This document shows, piece by piece, positions 42,634-58,794 of a stretch of DNA of 64,000 nt. A program made the position numbers and the translations under genes. Source of the stretch: Octopus vulgaris. Taxonomy: Eukaryota. The notes under the pieces were generated by a model. That model was given only the letters and a program-made list of their open reading frames with translations, had not been told where the DNA came from and ran no database searches. The stretch's first letter is position 1; each line of letters starts with the position of its first letter. The stretch is taken from assembly GCA_951406725.2 (NCBI GenBank), contig OX597814.1:100626001-100690000 (forward strand), in the 5' to 3' direction.

Positions 42634-43434
42634 TATAAGTGCATGCATACACGCGTACATATATGCATATAAAGAAGCAAGCATATATATCTTATTAGTC
42701 TGATCTGTTGACAGGTGGTTATCCTCAGACGAAGGTGACTGCTGGTATTTCAGTTTGAAGATATAGTCGACATTTATTCAACACGAGCTAATGAGCTCTC
42801 TTTGTCCGTAAACATCTGGGATGAAGTTCTATAACCTGAGGTCGATATAACATAGTTGTCAAGACAGTTGACAAAATTTATGCCGCGATTGTGTTGCAGT
42901 CTAGCTCCCAAAAGATCGTAATGCTTTAGCAACTCGCTATTCACTTAAGGGACTATAAATTGCCCACAGCACATACGCTTCACCATACGAAACAATTAAT
43001 GTCTACCACAATCCGTCATCAGGTTCCTTTCTTTATTCCTAAATCGATAACCTAAACCTAAATTATTATCATGTATACATCTCTAACTTTCACCATGTAC
43101 TGCCTGCCTAAAATCAACGACACCAACATTTTTGTCGAATCATTTTTGCCAGAGGTTCCACCAACGGACACATTTTGAAATTCCTCCACCAGCATATTCC
43201 GTATTTGTTAGCAGCCTCCCATCTCAGACTATTCCATCATCCATGTTCACTACCTCTTCAAATCTTTTTTACCATCAGCTGGCCCTTCCCAGTTGTTTTC
43301 CAACACAGATGTTACCCCTGCTCTGTCATTTTCCATAATAATTGACGTTGAGCATCATATGAAATTCTTCAAATATCAATACAGAGACACACAAATACAT
43401 ACACAAACACATACACACAGACATAGGTAAAGAT

Positions 43435-43630
43435 CTGCATGAAATACATGAGCAGGAGTAAAATTGCAGAGGCTGGACGTTGTGAGGAGGAAGGCCTGGG
43501 AATTGGGCTTAGTGCAGGACCGGAGAGTGAGCCTTATTACCGGAAGACTGCTGAGATATGGAGAGACAAGTAGGTTGCGATGCCTGAGTGGAGAAGGTAT
43601 GAGAGAGACCAGCAAAAAGCAGCAGATGCT
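43435..43630 (-). mobile_element. CR1/L2-like LINE C-terminal fragment
   Basis: TKPNSQAFLLTTSSLCNFTPAHVF resembles 'RT..Y..SF..RT..LWN.LP..VF'. Confidence 0.5.
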
Positions 43631-43673
43631 ATTATAATATAAATTGATAAGGTAGAGATAGAGAGATAGATAA

Positions 43674-43761
<88 letters not shown>

Positions 43762-44054
43762 GTATGTAAGTAGGTAGAAAGATTCAGGTATTTCAGATAT
43801 TCGTGGAGCGGGACATAAATATAAACGCCCATCTTTAAAATGGTGTCTTGTCTTCCTTTAGAAAATTGCCGATGTTTTCCCTCTTTTACTAACCAACTGC
43901 CATTTAATCTTCCTCTGCCAAATTCCTTTAAAGTATTTTCAGCTATCAATCTTGAATATATCAAAGGTAAGAAGTTTGATAAATATATAGTAGTAACGTT
44001 AGATTGGAATAGAGTACAAATGATTTGAGTAAAAGGACAATATGAAAGAGATGC

Positions 44055-44105
<51 letters not shown>

Positions 44106-44165
44106 TATTTATATCTATATGTATGTATGTATGTGTGTGTGCATGGGTGTGTATGTCTGCTTATT

Positions 44166-44201
<36 letters not shown>

Positions 44202-44292
44202 ATTATAATTATTTGAGGGAATAAAATCCAAACTTACAAGGAAAAAGAATTCAATTTAGAAATACTAAATTAAATTCCACACAATATAATAT

Positions 44293-44602
44293 ATATAAAA
44301 TATTAGAAAAAACCCCACCTTTTATCAATTCAAAATGTATAATTAAATTACACCATCTAGAAAATTGTATATAATAGAAAAGTTAAAATTAAAATAACAA
44401 TTAAAAAGTAAAGATTAAGAAAATTACAAGAATAATATATGTGCAAGCCATATACATTATATTATTCTTGTAATTTACTTAATCTTTATTTTTAATTGTT
44501 ATTTTAATTTTAACTTTTCTATTATATGTAATTTTCTAGATGGTGTAATTTAATTATTCATCTTGAATTGATAAATGGTGGGTTTTTTCTAGTATTTTAT
44601 AT
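44293..44602. repeat. AT-rich inverted repeat, ~145-bp arms, short spacer
   Basis: AGAAAAAACCCCACC..CACCATCTAGAAAATT..ACAAGAATAATA versus TATTATTCTTGT..AATTTTCTAGATGGTG..GGTGGGTTTTTTCT. Confidence 0.92.
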
Positions 44603-44701
<99 letters not shown>

Positions 44702-45272
44702 TGAGTGAGAGAGAGAGAGAGAGAGAGATAAAGAGAGGGAGAGCGATAGATAAAGATAAATAAGATAGATAAAGAAAAATAAGTTGATATCAATATGTAC
44801 GTTTTCTCTGAAGAGTGATTAATAATACGTGAAGCTGTCCGTCAGGAGACAATCCTCTTTCATCTGAACATCTATTGCTTAGAAATAATATGTCTGATTT
44901 CTTATATAAATTCATAGCCAGGTTTGGTATATTTATGTTTATTTCAGTCCAGATATTATTTATGATGTGGTCTACATAAAATAGATAAAATCATGATATA
45001 TATGCGGGTGTGAGTGTGAGTGTGTGTGTATGTATTTATCTATGTATCTATTTATGCAGTAATATTTACTTTAATCTTATTTTTCAATAATGTTTTTTAC
45101 ATGTGTCTCCTTGTATGCGTATTAAATTATAGTGTTTTAATATTGCTTTATAGAACTGAACACTATGTATCCATTTCCTAAAGACATAACGAAATACTTG
45201 TTCACGAGCGGACATACGTGCACACATAGAGACACACATACATATTCGAACATACATAACGTCAGATAGATA

Positions 45273-45670
<398 letters not shown>

Positions 45671-46600
45671 CACATTTATTTGCAAGTAACTCTCTGTTAG
45701 ATAGATAGATAGATAGATAGATACATACATACATACATACATACATACATACATACATACATGCATACATACATATATACAGGTAGGTAGGTATGTAGGT
45801 AGGTAGGTAGGTAGGCAGAAAATAATAGATATATACATAGAAAGACAGACAGTTTAACAGAATGAAAAAGAAACGATATAAAATAAATACAATTAGTAAC
45901 ATAAATACATATTGAGAGGAGAAACGGAAAAAGGGTGATAACTACAATCGTTGCAATGAATAAAATCTTCGGGTGTGGTGAAAGCAATATCTTACAATCT
46001 TAACCATATCTTTAGTTATCACATCACGCAGTAGATACGGCTTCGTCACCTGCTGCTTGTCACTTGCTAATAGCGCCTCCTATCAGATCTGTTTACATTT
46101 ACTTTTTCTAAACGGCTCCACAAGATGGCGTTTTATATTCCCCCACAGGTTGTCTATCGCTTGCAAAATACCCTGGTATCAGACTCAGAGACTAAAAATA
46201 CACACAGAAACCTTTTGCCAATGGATATAATTGCTTTAATTTATAAGGGCACAGACAGTTTTACTTCAGTCGAGGCTATACTGTAATGATAATAATGACA
46301 ACATACACACGCACTACTCACATGCACAAACACGTACACATAAACAAGCACGCACACATGCGTACACAATACATACAGATACACACTAGTGTGTGTCTCC
46401 ATACGTACGTATATATGTGCTTATGCGCCTATGTATATATATGTGTGTGTGTGTATGTATATGCATGTATATATATATATATATATATCTTCTTTTCGTT
46501 TCTCTTCTTTTCGCTTCTCCAAGTAAGTTTTTATATATATATACATTATATCTGTATATGTATATACACATGCATATATTAATATATATATACATACATA

Positions 46601-46702
<102 letters not shown>

Positions 46703-46779
46703 AGAGATTGCTATGTATGCAGGTATGCCTCTAGGTATGCATACACACACACATATATATTAATATATGCATCTCTCTC

Positions 46780-46814
<35 letters not shown>

Positions 46815-47371
46815 CCAAAGTAGCTAGTCGAGAAAATCTCTGTAACAGACGAAAGCAGTATCCATACTGACATGTAGTGTTTAATGCCACCTAAACACAG
46901 CTCTTCCCAAGGAACCGACGATGCTGCTATTTTAACCCCTTATATATATATCAAACACAAACTGTTGATGTTTCTATATAAAATAACTAATAGCTCCACG
47001 CTAGTCTCTAAGTTAGGTTTGAAAAACAGAAAGCAGAAACACGTGTATATTTACAAATCAGCGTAATTAGTTAGGTAAGATACATGTTATGACTGTTTAT
47101 CTACGCCCGTACGCCTAACAGCGCAATTTGACTATTAGAAGAAAAACGGATCAGCAGTAATGATCCCGAAAAAAGGGTCACAGGCTGAAACAAATCCTTC
47201 AAACACATATCATTATAAAAATTAAAAGCGACCGAAATCAATGAATACAAACTAACAAAATCGAAGGTTCACGCAATAACAAGAACAACAATATAACGAA
47301 AGCAGAAGACATCAGCGCGATATGTTTTGATTCGACAGAAGGATCGGAGATCCATTTCGAACTGTGACAAC

Positions 47372-47782
47372 TCTCTTTTGCTCTTTAACTCTTTTACTTG
47401 TTACAGTCATGTGACTGTGCCCATGCTGGAGCACCGCCTTTAGTCGAGCAAATCGACCCCAGGACTTATTCTTTGTAAGCCTAGTACTTATTCTATCGGT
47501 CTCTTTTTGCCGAACCGTTAAGTTACGGGGACGTAAATACACCAGCATCGGTTGTCAAGCGATGTTGAGGTGGGGAGCAAGCACAGACACACATACATAT
47601 ATTAATATACATATATACGACGGGGTTCTTTCAGTTTCCGTCTACCAAATCCACTCACAAGGCTTTGGTCGGCCCGAGACTATAGTAGAAGACACTTGCC
47701 CAAGGTGCCACGCAGCGGAACTGAACCCGTAACCATGTGGTTGGTAAGCAAGCTACTTACCACACAGCCATTCCTACGCCTA
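47372..47782 (-). mobile_element. SINE family A, full length
   Basis: Complete head, short spacer and tail on minus strand; low divergence from other copies. Confidence 0.92.
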
Positions 47783-48319
47783 TAACTGTTCACAATTAAA
47801 AAAAAACAGAAGCTGCTCAAAATGTGGGGAGTATTACGTTGAACAGACGGTAGGAGCATGAATCTACATATATCATATATTAAAATCCAGGAATACAAAG
47901 AAGCTGAACTCAGTGAACATAGAGGAGAATGTATCAGTTTATATCAATTTTGCGTTTACACGACTCAGTAGCAACGCATCAACAAAAATATCCTTCATAA
48001 TCTAATTCCAACATTGTTTAAACTTCGTTGACAGAGAAAGGTAGACACATACCCCAAAATTGTTGCAACATTTAGTAACGTCACCGCAATGGTTGCTACT
48101 ACTAGTTGGACTGATAGCTACTACAGCCGCTACCATCCCACTTTGCCTTCTTACCAACAAGCCTACCAGCTGCCACCACTAACAGCCACTACGGCTACTA
48201 CTTTTGCTACTACTTCCCAGTAACAATTAGACGGAAACGACATAGCAGCACAATGTGATTTTTGTAATTAAAACATTTGAACTTCCTGAAAGGATATTAT
48301 AAAAGATTAATTTAACATA

Positions 48320-48476
48320 CTCTTTCTCTTTTTACTCTTTTACTTGTTTCAGTCATTTGACTGTGGCCATGCTGGAGCACCGCCTTTAGTCGAGCAAATC
48401 GACCCCAGGGCCTATTCTTTGTAAGCCTAGTACTTATTTTATCGGTCTCTTTCGCCGAACCGCTAAGTTACGGGGA
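48320..48476 (-). mobile_element. SINE family A 3' body
   Basis: Near-identical to 47385-47530. Confidence 0.9.
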
Positions 48477-48619
48477 ACATATTTCATTTTATTTTTCCTT
48501 TTATTTCAGTATGACTAAATCGTATTTTTAATGCGATTGAGACTGATATTAGATTAAGATAAAATGAAAATATTATGATAAAGAAGTCCTGAGAGTATTT
48601 TCTTCTTTTTGCATTTGAT

Positions 48620-48915
<296 letters not shown>

Positions 48916-49937
48916 CTTTAACATAGGAAAATTTGCAATACCCGTGCAGCATTTTACGCTCGTGCATACACACAAAAATGAAATAAATGTTATCTTGTTC
49001 GAAGTGATATACATATATTTATATATATATTTAATCCTAATCGTGCAAATCTATAACGGATTCTCTTGTGGATCCAATAATTTTTAGGTCAATGTGTTCC
49101 TTACATGCATGTTGAAAACAGGAAACCGTGACTTGTGGGAGCAGGAGTTATTTCTAGACATTCGTCATTTCTTTGCAGTAATAATATCGCATTCTGTTAT
49201 GTCTTTGACGACTATGAATGAATAATTAATCTGGAAACTTTTTTTACTTCCGATATTTATAGTATTTCTAAATCTTTTAACCAGACAGATATAGAGGTTA
49301 ACCTTTCAGAGTGACGACAGTTAACTCTACGTGTTTAAAACCTTGTCTGTGTAGAATTATAGACTCAAGTGTTGAAGCATGTGTAATGAGATGTGATCTC
49401 ATTACACGACAAGAGCTCATCCTATTCACAAATTCGTCGTGCCTGAACACAATAGAGATTACTCTTATTAATGCCAAGCTTAATCTGTTTCTGCAGATGG
49501 ATAAACTTCCAGATTCCTTGTATCAAATAAGTGTCAGCAACATAAATGAAATCACATGTTCTCATTGAATCTATTGTGTGGTAGTTTAATACTCAGCTAA
49601 ACTGTCATTCTCAATAGAAAAGGGAGATATTTCTTGTAAGGTTTTGGCCCAGGCTAGTTCAATGAAACCGCGTATAATTGAATCCTGGTTGTTTGGCCCG
49701 CCCTAAAGAGAAACTGTTAGAGCTTTTCTACTCTGACTAGTAATATTTATTGAATCATTTATTTTAATTATACCCGTATATAGTAGCAAGGAATTTTAGT
49801 CATTAGCTCATAGCCATAACGAAGCATACACAGGTATTGATTTCTCATTTAGACATTACAAGTATTGAGTTTGAAATAATTTGATAGCGCAATGTTCACA
49901 TTTCTTTCGAGTACATTATGTGCGTGGGTATAAGACA

Positions 49938-50280
49938 GTGAGCTGGCAGAAAATTTAGCACGGTGGGCGAAATGATTAGCGGTATTCCGTCTGCGTTACG
50001 TTGTGAGTTCAAATTCCGCCGAGGGCGACTTTGCCTTTCATCCTTTCGGGGTCAATAAATTAAGTACCAGTTACGCACTGGGGTCGATGTAATCGACTTA
50101 ATACCTATGTCTGTCCTTGTTTGTCCCCTCTGTGTTTAGCCCCTTGTGGGTAATAAAGAAATAGGTATTTCGTCCGACGCTGCGTTCTGAGTTCAAATTC
50201 CGCTGAGGTCGACTTTGCCTTTCATCTTTTCGGGGTCGAATAAATAAGTGCCAGTTACGCATTGAGGCCGATATAATTGA
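49938..50280 (+). mobile_element. SINE family B with partial tandem duplication
   Basis: Full copy 49938-50165, then repeat of GGTATTTCGTC..GAGTTCAAATTCCG..CCAGTTACGCA. Confidence 0.9.
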
Positions 50281-51386
50281 TGCTGGTGTGTTTACATCCA
50301 TGCAACTTAGCGGTGTGTTCGAAGGATTATTTACCTAAATTCAGTGGCATACATTCACTGGTTTTCAGAAATAGAAATATTATTTTTAAATCTCTCTAAA
50401 GGAGACTACGGCAGCGGTACTGGATATTAATAGTTATCGCCAAGCTATATATACATATACATACCATTCATACGTAGGTACGTACGTACGTACATACATT
50501 CATACATACATATATATACATATAAATATATGTGTGTGTATATATATGTATAATTATATGTATATGTATGTGCCTTATGTATGTGTGTGTATGTATGTAT
50601 TTAAGCACATTTGTATATATATTTGTGATTGTATATGTACTAGTAGCAACTAAGTGAAAGAACAACCATAGTTAATAGTTATTAGTTTTGTATTGTAGGG
50701 TTCGCAGTTCGAAACTTGTCAAGACAATCTAAATATTTAATCCACATAGACAAGTAAAAACGAAAGAAAAATGAAAAGAAAAACTAACTGGCGCCACAGT
50801 GGCTCGATAAAAACAAAAACAAATCTTCAAGTAAAAGACAATTATAGAGAACATAAAGAATTGGGTGAAAAAGTGGTACAAGACAGAACGAAACAAAAAA
50901 TTAATAGCTTACCCATGTAGTTTTATTCAATAGCGTATCGTGACGTAAAAAAATAAATTGTTTCGCTACTTTTCACTCTCGTGGAACATTAAAATTCTCT
51001 CCTCTCACTCTTTTCTTATTCACTCTTGCTCTCTTTCACTTTATTTTCACTCTCTCTCCGCAGATATCTCTTTCACGCTTTCTTTCGTTAATGCTCTTAT
51101 CCCTCTGTTATGTGTGTGGTTTTTCTTTCATTTTTTTTTGTTTTTCCTTTTCTCTATCACAATCGTTTTTCTCCCCTCATGGGATATATTCTCAATAAAG
51201 ATGATATCAATACCGTTTTCCTATCCAGAGACAGCGGTGCTCAAATGAAGATCAATCAATCCGGGTACTTTCATAGGTAACTGATACGCATTGTAACATG
51301 TGCAAAGTTTCCAAGAACGGAGAGAAGAAACAAACAAAATAACTAGAAAAGTGACAACAAAATAAACAGCAACAATAACAAGACGG

Positions 51387-51423
<37 letters not shown>

Positions 51424-51584
51424 CGAAAAGCGAAAGTGGAAAGTATATAGAGACTGAAGCAGAAACACATACACCATATCCAACACTTCGGATATCAATT
51501 ACAGTGAAACGATTCCGTTCAGATAATTGCTTTCTACTGATCTGTGTTTGTGTGTTCTTATACATATAGGTGTAATATGTATTC

Positions 51585-51654
<70 letters not shown>

Positions 51655-51727
51655 GTGTGTGTATGAATGTATGTATGCATATACACATATATGTGTAGCA
51701 GTGTATATGCATGTGTATATCTATCCA

Positions 51728-51798
<71 letters not shown>

Positions 51799-52011
51799 GT
51801 CTGTCTGTATGTGTGTATGCGTGTATGTATATATGTGAATGTGTGTGTGTGTATATACATAAAACACGCAAACTCAGAAAGAAAGGGGCTACAGGAAAAG
51901 GAACATTTCTGTGTTTGGCTTCTATCTTTCTCCCACAGGAAAAGCAATATTAACAGGAACAGTAAACGATTTGAATACTATTACTGCTGCGGACACTATT
52001 CCTAATAATAT

Positions 52012-52215
52012 TCCTTTCTGTTATAAGCACATGGACTGAAATTTCGAAGGAGGGAACTAGTCGATTCCAAGGCTCAACTGGTACTTATTTTATCTTCCCG
52101 GAAAAGATGAAAGGCAAAGTCGACCCCGGCGGAATTTGAACTCAGAACGTAAAAACGGATGTAATGCCGCAAAGCATTTCACTCGATGTGGTAACGATTC
52201 TGCCAGTTCGCCAAC
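52012..52215 (-). mobile_element. SINE family B
   Basis: AAAGGCAAAGTCGACCCCGGCGGAATTTGAACTCAGAACGT. Confidence 0.85.
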
Positions 52216-53099
52216 GTTGATGACGGTGATGATGTAGATGATGTTGATGATGTTGATATCTGTAGTGATGATATCTGTAGTGATGACCACGACGACGACG
52301 ACAGCGAGGACGACGACGACGATGACGACGATGACGACGACGATGATGATGACGACCACGACGATGATGATGATGACGACCACGATGATGACGATGATAA
52401 CAACGACGACTATGATGATGACGACCACGACGATAATGATGATGACGACGACGATGATGACGACGACGACGATGATAATGATGATGATTTAGTTTAGTGT
52501 CTACAACGATGTTTCTACGACGACTGCCAGTCTCAGTTCCATTAAAATCTATCAACTTTTCTCACATTTGTTTCATAAGACCACACAAATTAAGGCAGCA
52601 GACAGGTGTATACACTGAAACAGTGCTTGACAGCAAATTATTCGATTGTATCTAATTTGGGAAGGATAAATGTGAAAATTGTTTTGTTGCGAAGGCGTTG
52701 GGTGCAACAGCTCTAGCTGTTTTGCTCGTCTCTTTTCTCATCTTAGAAAGCCCTGCTCTGTTCGAAGAGGCAAAAATTCTACGACACAATGCTCAACTCC
52801 TCATTCATTTGTTGAGAAGGGAGGCACTAAGTTTTGTAACATGCTTCACCTATTCTTTCTCATTTTCGTTGATCGTGTCCAAATCGGTTTATTTAATTTT
52901 TAATCACAAAAGCAAATCAGTAAATATTTTTGTCATTGTTAGAGATATCGTTCTTGTTCATGCTATTACGTTTTTGTTCAAATTAATATTTTCAATACAT
53001 TTTCATTTTCTTATATTCTAACACTTTTTCTTACATTCTATTAAAAATAAAATAAGGGACACTTTTTTGAGGCAGCTGATGCCTCTAAAATGGCTAGAC

Positions 53100-53850
53100 T
53101 TCTACCTACTACTCTTGATATAACGCATGTAACTATTATGACTGGCTATTTGTAAAAACTTGTTAAACTGTTTAAAATATTCAGCGACACAATAAAAATG
53201 GAGACTTGGCCATTGCAAGGTACAATAGTTACGAACTAAAGAATCCAATGAATTCAAAGCGGTAAACAAAATGGAGAGCATGTAGAAAATAAAAGTAATA
53301 TCTCTCAATCTTTCATGAATTAACTCAGAAGAAATATGGTTAAGGCATAAAGACAGAATCCACACAAGAATGACTGTCGAAATGCGGTCAAAAACTTGAG
53401 TGACATTAAATTGATCATAGTCAAACCGAAGCCAAATTTATTATCCACCATTCCCGAGATTTATGCAACTGTAATTCATTCAGTCTGCTGTCAGTTGTGA
53501 TAGTTGCCTGTCAATGCTGTAACATGAAAGAAAATTCAAAAGGGAGACTATACAAATCGGCTATTTTCTAATGTACATGCGTTACTCAGTGTCTCATATA
53601 ACATGGCTGCTATTATCTGCTTTTCGTGGCATTCCACCTTTTCTAATGCTTGTCATGTTAGACATTAAAACTTGACCGTAACCAGTATATTGCTTCTTGT
53701 AATTGCTGAAAACAATCCACGTCTTCCTGGAATCAAAATATCAAGTGCACGTTGTGATCTGAGTGAATTGTGACTTGGTTGCAATGTCACACCACTTGGC
53801 TCGAGCCCATAGAATGCTTCATTCCCTTATCTCCAAGACACCTACCTTAA
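53100..53850 (-). mobile_element. Possible RTE-type AP-endonuclease relic
   Basis: Minus fragments VGVLEIRE, ALEKVECHEKQIIAA and KFGFG are colinear with APE motifs; heavily decayed. Confidence 0.35.
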
Positions 53851-55410
53851 GCTAGATAATGCAGATTTTCACGTCAAAGAAATGCTCGAGTAGATTTTCG
53901 CCATTAACATGTCGATGCTTTGTTTACTATATTTTATATGTTAATACAATCCTAATCTATTTTTATTTTATCGCTTCTCTTTTACTAAGAGATATCAATT
54001 TTACTCTAATATTTCTTTTTAGTGAGAATTGTTACCGATGATTAATAATTCCTGCCCATCTTGTCAATCCTGTCGAAGGAAGCTTTCGATCTCAAAGACA
54101 AATAGTTTAGCTGTTTATAACACCATCCATATTTTATTTATATTATGTAAGTTGATCACTCAGATCACGAATCTTTGCTCTCAATAGCCATCCACCCGAA
54201 ATTATGGGTATCTTATCCTAATCCATATCCACTAGCCTAACAAGATTTCATATAAGAATGAGCTAGAAGACAAGATGTATTTTATCCGACTCCGTACTGG
54301 TATAAGTGGAAACTGAAGGCAATAGATAACTGACAATAGATGTTCTTTTAGCTAGTGCGTGAGTCATTTTACACGGCCGTTTTTACATCACCGAATGTCA
54401 TACTATCCTAGTATAAGTATGAGAATCCATTCAAGTCGACCGGAGCCAATAATGAACTGCTTGTACGGCACTATACAATTATTGTTGTTGCTACAATTGT
54501 TACTAAAGTTCTTTGTGGCACTGGCTTTTTCACTCGTGTTTTTCACCCCCTGTTATAAACTCACCTATTCTATTGATTCCAATGTTTGTTAAATGAAAGA
54601 GAATGTGGAGAGAGGTTTCAGAGATCGCTGTTCATATCGAATCTATTCTGCTGACAAAAGCACCATGCCTGGAGAGCTTATCTCTAATCTACTATGCCTA
54701 AGGCTTCTAAGAATATACATATTTAGTGACGTATATAGACGAATCTTTAAAACTAAGTTCCAGAATGGTGCCGAGTTCGAAACGTTAATCTCAGAAACTT
54801 TCATAAAAAAAATGAATAACTCTCAGTAAAAGCTAGATTTGCTACAAATATCAGACGATTCTTCAGCACATTATAATGACCACCCAACGACTTCAAAAAA
54901 AAAAAGGAAGCTTATTGTATAATGTGGTCGTAGAATCAATGTATTTGAAAATAAGATATCAGTTTGTCACAACTGGAATGCTTTTGATCATATGTCAACT
55001 GAAACAGAGTTAGCATGTGGCAACAAAAACAACAACAGTCACAGCAAAACCAACAAGAATAACAGCAACAACAGCAACAACAATAATACGGCAAGGTCAA
55101 AGGCAAAGTCAATCGAAGCATCATGTGAACTATGAACAAGGAGCCACGTAATTAAATATCGCAAGGCACTCTACTGTATTACCGAATGCACTGAAGAGAA
55201 AGAATAACAAGAAGAAAAGAAAGAAGAAAGAAAAAGGATGATGAGGGTGATGACGATGACGATCATGGTGGTGGTGGTGGTGGTGGTAACAATGATGATC
55301 ATGATGATATTACTTGTATTCTCGTATTACTACTAATGTGCTTTCAACTGCGACGCTTACATTAGCAAGGCTATCATTTCTACATTTCTATAATTATATC
55401 TATGTACGTA

Positions 55411-55462
<52 letters not shown>

Positions 55463-55711
55463 TACATATATATATAGAAAGAGAGAAAGGGTGATACATA
55501 CATATCCACGTATATATATATAGATAGATATAAAATGAAGAACAAATACAAAAAAGTATAGAAATATATATATAAACATATATAGGAATACACACAAATA
55601 TATTTAGAAATATATGTGTATATATTTAAATATAAATACATGACTACATGTATGTGTATGTATAAGTAAATAAGTGCGCGCGTAAGTAATAGATTTGTAA
55701 ATCCAATATAT

Positions 55712-56308
<597 letters not shown>

Positions 56309-56749
56309 GGGTCTTCTACTATGGCTCTGGATCAAACAAAGCCTTGTGAGCGTATTTGGTTGGTGGAAACTGAAAGAAGTCATTTGAGCGAGCGTGTATA
56401 CATTTATATGTAATACGCAACCACATATACATATACTTTACTATATTTTGTATTTGAATAATCTGTATATTTTGCTGTTTTGTTTTCGATTTCACCGAAT
56501 CCTGGTGAAGACATTTTACTTGTTTTTCATTTTTTCTTTTCAACTGGGGTCGACATAGTGGGATAGCTGTGTCGACTAAACCGCTGCCCTCTAAATTGCA
56601 GGCTTTGTTTTGTGCTTTTTTGTAGAAACTAATTTACTTATTAAAAGAGCTTTACCACCAAGTTCATTCATTCAGTCATCAACATCGTACGAGTTGGAAG
56701 TGAGCTCCTCATGAAGTACCCTCTTCCTGATTATCTCCTATAAGACCCC

Positions 56750-57690
56750 ATAACAGGTGGGCTCTCTTACCTCAAAGAAGACTTCGATGGAAAGCATTCA
56801 TCACATAAGAAAAACCTATGCATGGGTATGTTGCCCGAAAGCTTGAAGAAGACAGTAGAATTGATACGAAGCGCAGCCTGTCTTCGACACAAGACCACTA
56901 CATCACATCACACTTTGAAGGCTATGCATTTGTAATCTAAGAACAGGAGATTGCCACAAAGTATCTAGTGAAGAAGAGAGACGGTGACACTTTTGTAATC
57001 CCAAAGTGCAACCGCACGTGCAGGCTTTGTCAGGTTTCTGTGGAAGGTATCACGCATGTGATTAGCTGCTGTCCTAAAATGCTGTCACGGTAGTATCTCC
57101 CTATGAGGCACGATGTTGTCGCTAAAAGAATTTACAATGCCATCCACAAAAAAGACTGACCTGAAATAAACCTAGAAAATCCTTGTGTTATGAAATACAT
57201 TCATAAACATCAACTCAAGATATACTGGTGGAATATTACCACTGAAATTTCTGTCAAATGTAAACATAACAGGCTGGATAGTGTTGTTTGGGTCAGAAGG
57301 GGAAATGTATGTACCGTCATAGAGGTCAGCTGCCCTACAGATATAAATATCTCTGTGAAAGTTAAAGAAAAAGAGGACAAATGTTTCGAAACCTCCAGCT
57401 TCTATATCCAGACTATGAATTCATATTCATACCAATAATAATTGGAACAAAAGATTTTGTTAATAAATGCTTAAAGGAAAATCTGGATAAACTGGAATTT
57501 TCAGAAAGAGAATCGACGGGCTAATTCGTACATTATAAGTGCAATCTGTGAGTGGAACAGTAAAAATATGCAAGAATTTTCTCAAGTTCTAAATGAGAAT
57601 TTATCTGTGTTAACTGCATCCCAAAGATAGAACCTTGAATCTTTGTTAGAAACCGGCTCCCTCCTCAGTGAAAGATTTATGATAATTAAA
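56750..57690 (+). mobile_element. R4/Dong-like non-LTR retrotransposon 3' fragment
   Basis: KPMHGY; EQEIATK; CRLC..EGITHVISCCP (CCHC); RHDVVAK; HNRLD..IEVSCP..KEKED; IPIIIG; SGTVKICK; 3' UTR ending in an A-rich tail. Confidence 0.9.
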
Positions 57691-58742
57691 AAAAAGAAGA
57701 CATATATATACATACATACATACATACATACAACATAGGGGTTGGGGAAGGGTATCTTGTTTTCTTCACAAATGTAAATAAACCCAATCTGTTTCTTAAA
57801 GGAGAGACATATTCATTATGCACAGAATGATGTTTTATAAACTGATGTTTTATAAACACATTCTACCAGTATACAAAGTTTAAAACTTTTTAGTTACCTA
57901 GAATTTATGTTACAAAGTGCCGTTCAAAAGGAAAAGATCCCAAATTTCTGACTCGCTGTGCTTTCTCAGTAGCATGCATCCGTTGCTAACCATTATGGTG
58001 TCATATATCAAGTTTTTATCCAATGGACTAGCTAAAAGAAACCAATGATCTTTCAATTACAGTTTTCCCATGTCTCTGGTGGCTACTGATATACTTCTTG
58101 TGTTTTAAACACAGTTTATTCATAAGAGCTAACAACCCTAGAATGCCGCAACTACTTTGCCTTTCGCATTAGATATTGTGTGTATGTGTGTGTGTGTGTG
58201 TGTGTGAGTGTGTGTCATGCATTAGATATTTTGTCCGTTTGCGTGTGTAAGTGTGTGTGCGTGTGCAAATGTTCGTGTTTGCGAGTTTATTTTTTGCGTA
58301 GTATTATAGTTATCAAAAATACTACTTAACTTTCATAAATTTCATCTCTGGAAAAACCACGCTCCTTAGCATAGATGAAGGCTGCGACCATCCTATTCCG
58401 ACAGTCTTCAGGTTTATCTTCAAAATGTCTTCTACTATTTCGAGATGTTCTGATATTTGTTGAGAGAAGATTACTAGAACGCGATAGCGACGACTTAATC
58501 ATAGCTAAGCCATATATCTTTCTAATCACATGAGACTGAACTCGTTTCTCTCAGATAAGATACTGCTTGTAAAATATGAAAAAAAATTTCCGTAATGTGA
58601 AACTTGTACTTTACTTATGAACAAAAGAGCAGTACACAATACATGCAATATATGAGTTTCTGTGTGTGCGTGTGCTTATTTCTATGTGTATATGTGTGTG
58701 TTCAAATACTCATATACATGCGCACACATACACATACACATT

Positions 58743-58790
<48 letters not shown>

Positions 58791-58794
<4 letters not shown>

